Shown: positions 59,666-64,000 of the stretch, one piece after another | Layout: each line of letters begins with the position of its first letter | Position numbering within the stretch: the first letter of the stretch is position 1 | Source: Minutocellus sp. GHC0000111 | Taxonomy: Eukaryota | NCBI GenBank assembly: GCA_977018835.1 | Contig: OZ361258.1 | Location: 1,984,001-2,048,000, forward strand | Direction: 5' to 3' | DNA length: 64,000 bases | Notes under the pieces: model-generated | Seen by the model: the letters and a program-made list of their open reading frames with translations, nothing else | Told to the model about the DNA's origin: nothing | Database searches by the model: none | Program-made: the position numbers and the translations under genes

Positions 59666-62600
59666 ATGAATTTGCCTCCCGCTATCGAAGCTTCGCTACC
59701 ACCACCACCAACAAATGTAGCAGAGGCAGACAATAGATCTACTTCAGACACTGTTCAGCCTGCTCATTCAACGCAGCAAGAGGAACAATCGATTCCTGTG
59801 GCAAAGAGTGTTGCGTCGACGCCATCCATTGCGCACAAGCACGTCGATCCTGAGGGTACATGTACCCCGACAAACAAAAGTAACGATGACACCGGAAAGA
59901 CTATCAACGAACAAGCAGCATCACCGTCGAACATCCTGCCTTTGTCGCTAGCGCTAGGCTGTGCCACCCCAAATTTTATGTTCCGCAAGAGTTCAAACGC
60001 AAACGAAACGCAACGACGACAGAGGGTACAAAACGACCCACAACCTATTATGAGTGCTAAAGTTGCATCGAGCAACAGCCAAATCGGCACCAGACTTGCA
60101 CGTACCCTTCAAGCGGACCAACCTCAAGCAGACCAGGGCCAACTAAAAGAGACAAATGCTGTTGTTGGAAACGTCAACGGTGTCCAGGTTTCCTCTAGCG
60201 CTAGCGATGCGCAAGGTGATACTATCGACAAAAGTACCATGGATCGCACCCACGTATCTGTATCTTCAAAAAAATCTGCTTCGAGCGAATTCAATGCCAC
60301 TCCCGCTCTTGCAAATACCGACGCCCCTAATTCCGAGCAAATACCAGCGATTTCCGCATCGACCCAATTCGCAACTTCTTTCGTGGGGGCAACCTTCGAT
60401 ACTAAGAAGTATTTTGGTCGATTCTTTCGCGGAATTAGACGCTACATGTATGCAACAAATGACACTGATGGGAATGGGGAAGTATCGCAATTACACCACG
60501 AAGGAGTCGGTACGTCCATGTCTCTCAGTTGCCACGAGGCCGTGATTGCAAGCGAGAAATATCCTTGGCACTATGCTAACGCGAAAAATGCCGCAATTTC
60601 CTCTCAGGATACCAAACATGCAACCGTGTCCATGTCGACGTCTACTTTTGAGGAAAGTGACGCCACAATGCCTGCCAAAGGTTTTGGTCGATGGAGGGAC
60701 ATTCCCGACCTGCCGCCAATAACGTCGTCGCTTTCTATGCAATCTGCTGGCACTGAACCTTCCTACCACGTGACCGGTAGTAGACATCATCTTCGTCGCA
60801 TTGGTCTCAAAAGGAACGACCAAAGGAGGAATGACAGGTGGGCCGTGCAGGATATGGGCAGAGAGGGCGATAGAAAGAGATGCGTGTATTCCATCCTCAA
60901 GAACCTAGGCATAGGAATCGTCTGTATTGCGATTGGAGCTGTATTGGTTCTCGTGCTGGTGAAAGAAGGTATTTTCCTCCCCGTGTCCCATCTTGGCGGC
61001 ACGGCTCCAACAATGCAGCCCACACCAGCATTGGTCGGGCTGATCAAGTTCGAGGAAAGGGACATTGATATTGATGAAGGGAATGTCGATCGAGAGAGTG
61101 CGTTTGTCCCGAGCTCGGCTCCTTCAGTGACTCCGATATTGCCAATCATCGACTTCGACCTTCATGAAAACGATGGCGGTGGACGAAATGATGTGGTGGA
61201 AACGGATTCTTTTCCGAGCAATCTACAAACAGGCTCTCCCAGCTCTCCCCAGCCTCGTAGTCCTACCCAGAGTCCAAGCATCGCGCCGCCTTTAATCGTC
61301 CCAAAAATGAAACCGTCCACCAAAACGCTTTTAGACTCATCGACGACACCACCATCCTCCTCTTCAACAATGTTATACAACTCACCATCGCGTAGTCCTA
61401 CCCAGAGTCCAAGCATTACGCCGACTACAATCGTCCCAACAATGACACCGTCCGCCAAAGCGCATTTAGACCCATCGACGACACCACCATCCTCCTCTTC
61501 AACAATGTTATACAACTCACCATCGCATAGTCCTACCCAGAGCCCAAGCATTGCGCCGACTTCAATCGTCCCAACAATGACACCGTCCACCAAAGAACTT
61601 TCAGACTCACCGACGGAATCGCCTTCCTCCTCTTCAATGTTACACAACTCGCCCAATGCTTTCCCTGCGACATCAACGTTGGTTTTTCCATCGCATGAAA
61701 AAGATGGTCAAATTAGCGGCACAAACACTTACTGCAGTCCAATGACGGCCGAAGACCAATACAAATCACATCTTACAAGGGAAATTGATGAAACTACTTT
61801 ATCGTACCTTTTGAGCCTGGACATGTTCAATCTTTCTTGGCGAATGAAAGTGGAGCTCAATTCCAAAAAACTGACAACAGAACGATTTGGCCCCGAAAAC
61901 GAATTCTCGGTTGTAGTACAGATGGCGGCTTTGAGGACGCTCTTCTTTTGGACCCGACGGGGAGAAGAAGATGATGATGTTGGCGGCTCTCTCGCCGATG
62001 GTACTCCTAGGCCTCGCACAGTAAAAATTGCGGGGACGCATTCATCTGATGTCGACGGTCTTGTTGAACTAGGCCTTGCCTTTGTACATTTGCACGGGAA
62101 AACAGCGGAGGAAGGTATTGAAGCAGCTAGGCGGGTAGCTCACATCGTTGAAACCCAAGTTCCCGGCGGCTTCGATAATCCAATATTTTTCCATGCATGG
62201 ATTTGCTTATGATGTCTCTGGAGAAGCAGGTGTGATACTGGGCGATGGAATGCTTAACTACTTGCAGAATATCCCAGTCCCTACTCGAGTGCCATTTACA
62301 ATTGCATTGCATAGCCGCTTGGCATCGATTATTGGCGCTCATTTGTTACACCTGAACCTTGGCATGCCCACCTTTTTGCCATCTGATGAAGACCCCGACG
62401 CATACCAAGCTCTCTTCGCTGACGTACTTGGTGCTTATTACATGGCTCATCCTTTGGGTGGGATGTTGACTGGAAACGAAATCTGCACTTCGTTCCTCGC
62501 CTATGTAAGATCCACTGGCGTAGAGGAATGCGATCCGTTGGTGGAAAGAAATGCAGCTCCAGGCATTCAGCTGACATCGTCGCAGAAATCATGTGCGGCC

Positions 62601-62780
62601 ATTTGGGCGATCCGTTGGGCATGGGTTGACAATGCAACGGCCAAGAGTGACTCGGCAACAGGAGTTGCCAGTCTCTCGGAGTTAAAGGACCGTTTCGATG
62701 CACGATACCAACGAATTTTAAATGTGGACCAAATGGGAACCTGCCCAGAACTGTCTACTCTCGAATGCACGCTGTACTGA
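59666..62780 (+). pseudogene. Type II membrane protein with a mucin-like stalk and a degenerate zinc-metallopeptidase-like domain; +1 frameshift at ~62190
   Basis: TM IGIVCIAIGAVLVLVLV is followed by S/T/P repeats. Removing one T from the T5 run gives GFDNPIFSMHGFAY...VILGDGML...FADVLGAYYMAHPLG. The indel could be a homopolymer sequencing error. Confidence 0.65.
61259..61655 (+). repeat. Three 135-bp coding tandem repeats (45 aa, SPTQSPSI...MLYNSP)
   Basis: AGTCCTACCCAGAG recurs at about 61259, 61394 and 61529. Confidence 0.9.
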
Positions 62781-63280
62781 CTTCCCTTCTTACAGGTGCA
62801 CTTAGGCACTACATGAAATTCACTTACTTTTCAAGATAGGTGGTCTACTTTCGATAAAATAGTGGTGTTTTCGTCCCGCTAAGTTATAGCTCAAAAATAT
62901 AATAAATGAAAAGTTGGAGAACCAAATCCAATTCGATTGAATACATGTAGGTAGCCGCAGCACTTGCATCAGTAAGAACGAATGCCAATAACATAAACAA
63001 ACATCGAAATTGTAGACATTGTAGGATAAGATTGAGTGAAGGTGAGGTGAGGATCAGTCAGGTGGGTCTACATGGAGACTAGTCGGTCTCTCCATGTGTT
63101 GGGATTGTTGGCTGGATGGCAAGAAGCCTTTGAAAGCGAGAAACGGCCACACAAGTAGCCGACGGACAGACGGATAGACGGACGCTTCAAAGCGTAAGCG
63201 TAAGCAAACGAAACCCTTAGTATCTTTTGATCTTTTGGCATGTCACATACGTCGTAGTAGTCGAAGGAGCCCAAGGAGGA

Positions 63281-64000
63281 ATGTGTACACAATTGTTTTC
63301 GGCTCTGGTCACCCTCTCCGCTTGCGTCTCGGCCTTGCTTCCGCCAGCATCAGCCGAAACGCTCACAACGTGCGGGAATCTATCCCCATCGACCAACCAC
63401 ACGGCATGTCCTGAATTCTTCTCCTGCTGCCGGTATGGTTGGTCCGAGTCGGAGGGTTCGTGGGGATGCGCGCCATTCCCCGATGCAGTGTGCTGCCCAT
63501 CAAAATACTATGCCTGTCCATCAGGTCATACCTGTCAGGAGAAAGGAGAGCAACCGCCATGGAAGGATGAGGTGGTATGCCTACCGCCAGCCGATGCTCA
63601 AGATGCACCGATCCGCAAGGCAGAAGAAATCTGCAAGAATGGGCCACCAATACTAATGGATGAAAATCGCAAGAATGTTATCATTATCGGCGACTCGGTA
63701 TCCATCGGATATACACCTTTGGTAGCTGAAAGTCTGAAAGATATCGCCCAGGTTGCTCACTCGCCGTGGGACTATCATGACGGAGGTGCCAGCGATGCAT
63801 TTTATGGATACCGCTGCCTATCGCGCTTTTTAACGGCAGCTGACGGTACACCTCTTCGACCGGACGTGTTGTATTTTAATTGGGGAATACATTCTGCAGT
63901 GCCGGGAAGTGATGAGGCACAAAATTATGCGAAATATCTATCCTGGATTGTGCAAGAACTGACTGCGTGGGCCCGGAGTAGCAGCAGCGATGATAACGAT
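63281..64000 (+). CDS. Secreted granulin-like + SGNH/GDSL hydrolase protein (3'-partial; absent from the ORF track)
   Basis: Manual translation gives the MCTQLFSALVTLSACVSALLPPASA signal, then CP...CC...WGCAPFPDAVCC...CPSGHTC, then IIGDSVSIGY and YFNWGIH. The frame is open to the window end. Confidence 0.85.
   Translation, partial: MCTQLFSALVTLSACVSALLPPASAETLTTCGNLSPSTNHTACPEFFSCCRYGWSESEGSWGCAPFPDAVCCPSKYYACPSGHTCQEKGEQPPWKDEVVCLPPADAQDAPIRKAEEICKNGPPILMDENRKNVIIIGDSVSIGYTPLVAESLKDIAQVAHSPWDYHDGGASDAFYGYRCLSRFLTAADGTPLRPDVLYFNWGIHSAVPGSDEAQNYAKYLSWIVQELTAWARSSSSDDND

Overview
This is gene-dense eukaryotic nuclear DNA that looks like a diatom (photosynthetic stramenopile). The evidence is short GT-AG introns, bipartite signal-peptide/'AF' plastid presequences, diatom-type gene families and CoDi-like Copia elements. 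About 25 protein genes can be modelled, including CRAL-TRIO, GTPBP1/2, an FTR1-like membrane protein, clostripain-like, GNAT, STRA6-like, DUF1826, DUF2358, GT32, EH+SET, STAND ATPase, F-box/LRR, DDI1-like, a mitochondrial carrier, COG2, plastid SHMT, sulfotransferase-like, GAT and granulin+SGNH. At least seven genes are disrupted by in-frame stops, frameshifts or 5' loss, while the core housekeeping genes are intact. There are two decayed Ty1/Copia elements. The first carries a Tudor-like module after integrase, an in-frame UGA between gag and pol, and signs of TpA->TpG/CpA hypermutation. The second has non-canonical TA...TA LTR ends and a 4-bp TSD. Also present are a 188-bp TA-flanked MITE, a ~1.5-kb TIR element, many TACATGTA-type probable excision footprints, a perfect (CA)101 tract and a degenerate repeat array. 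All family assignments come from motif recognition by eye, with no database searches.
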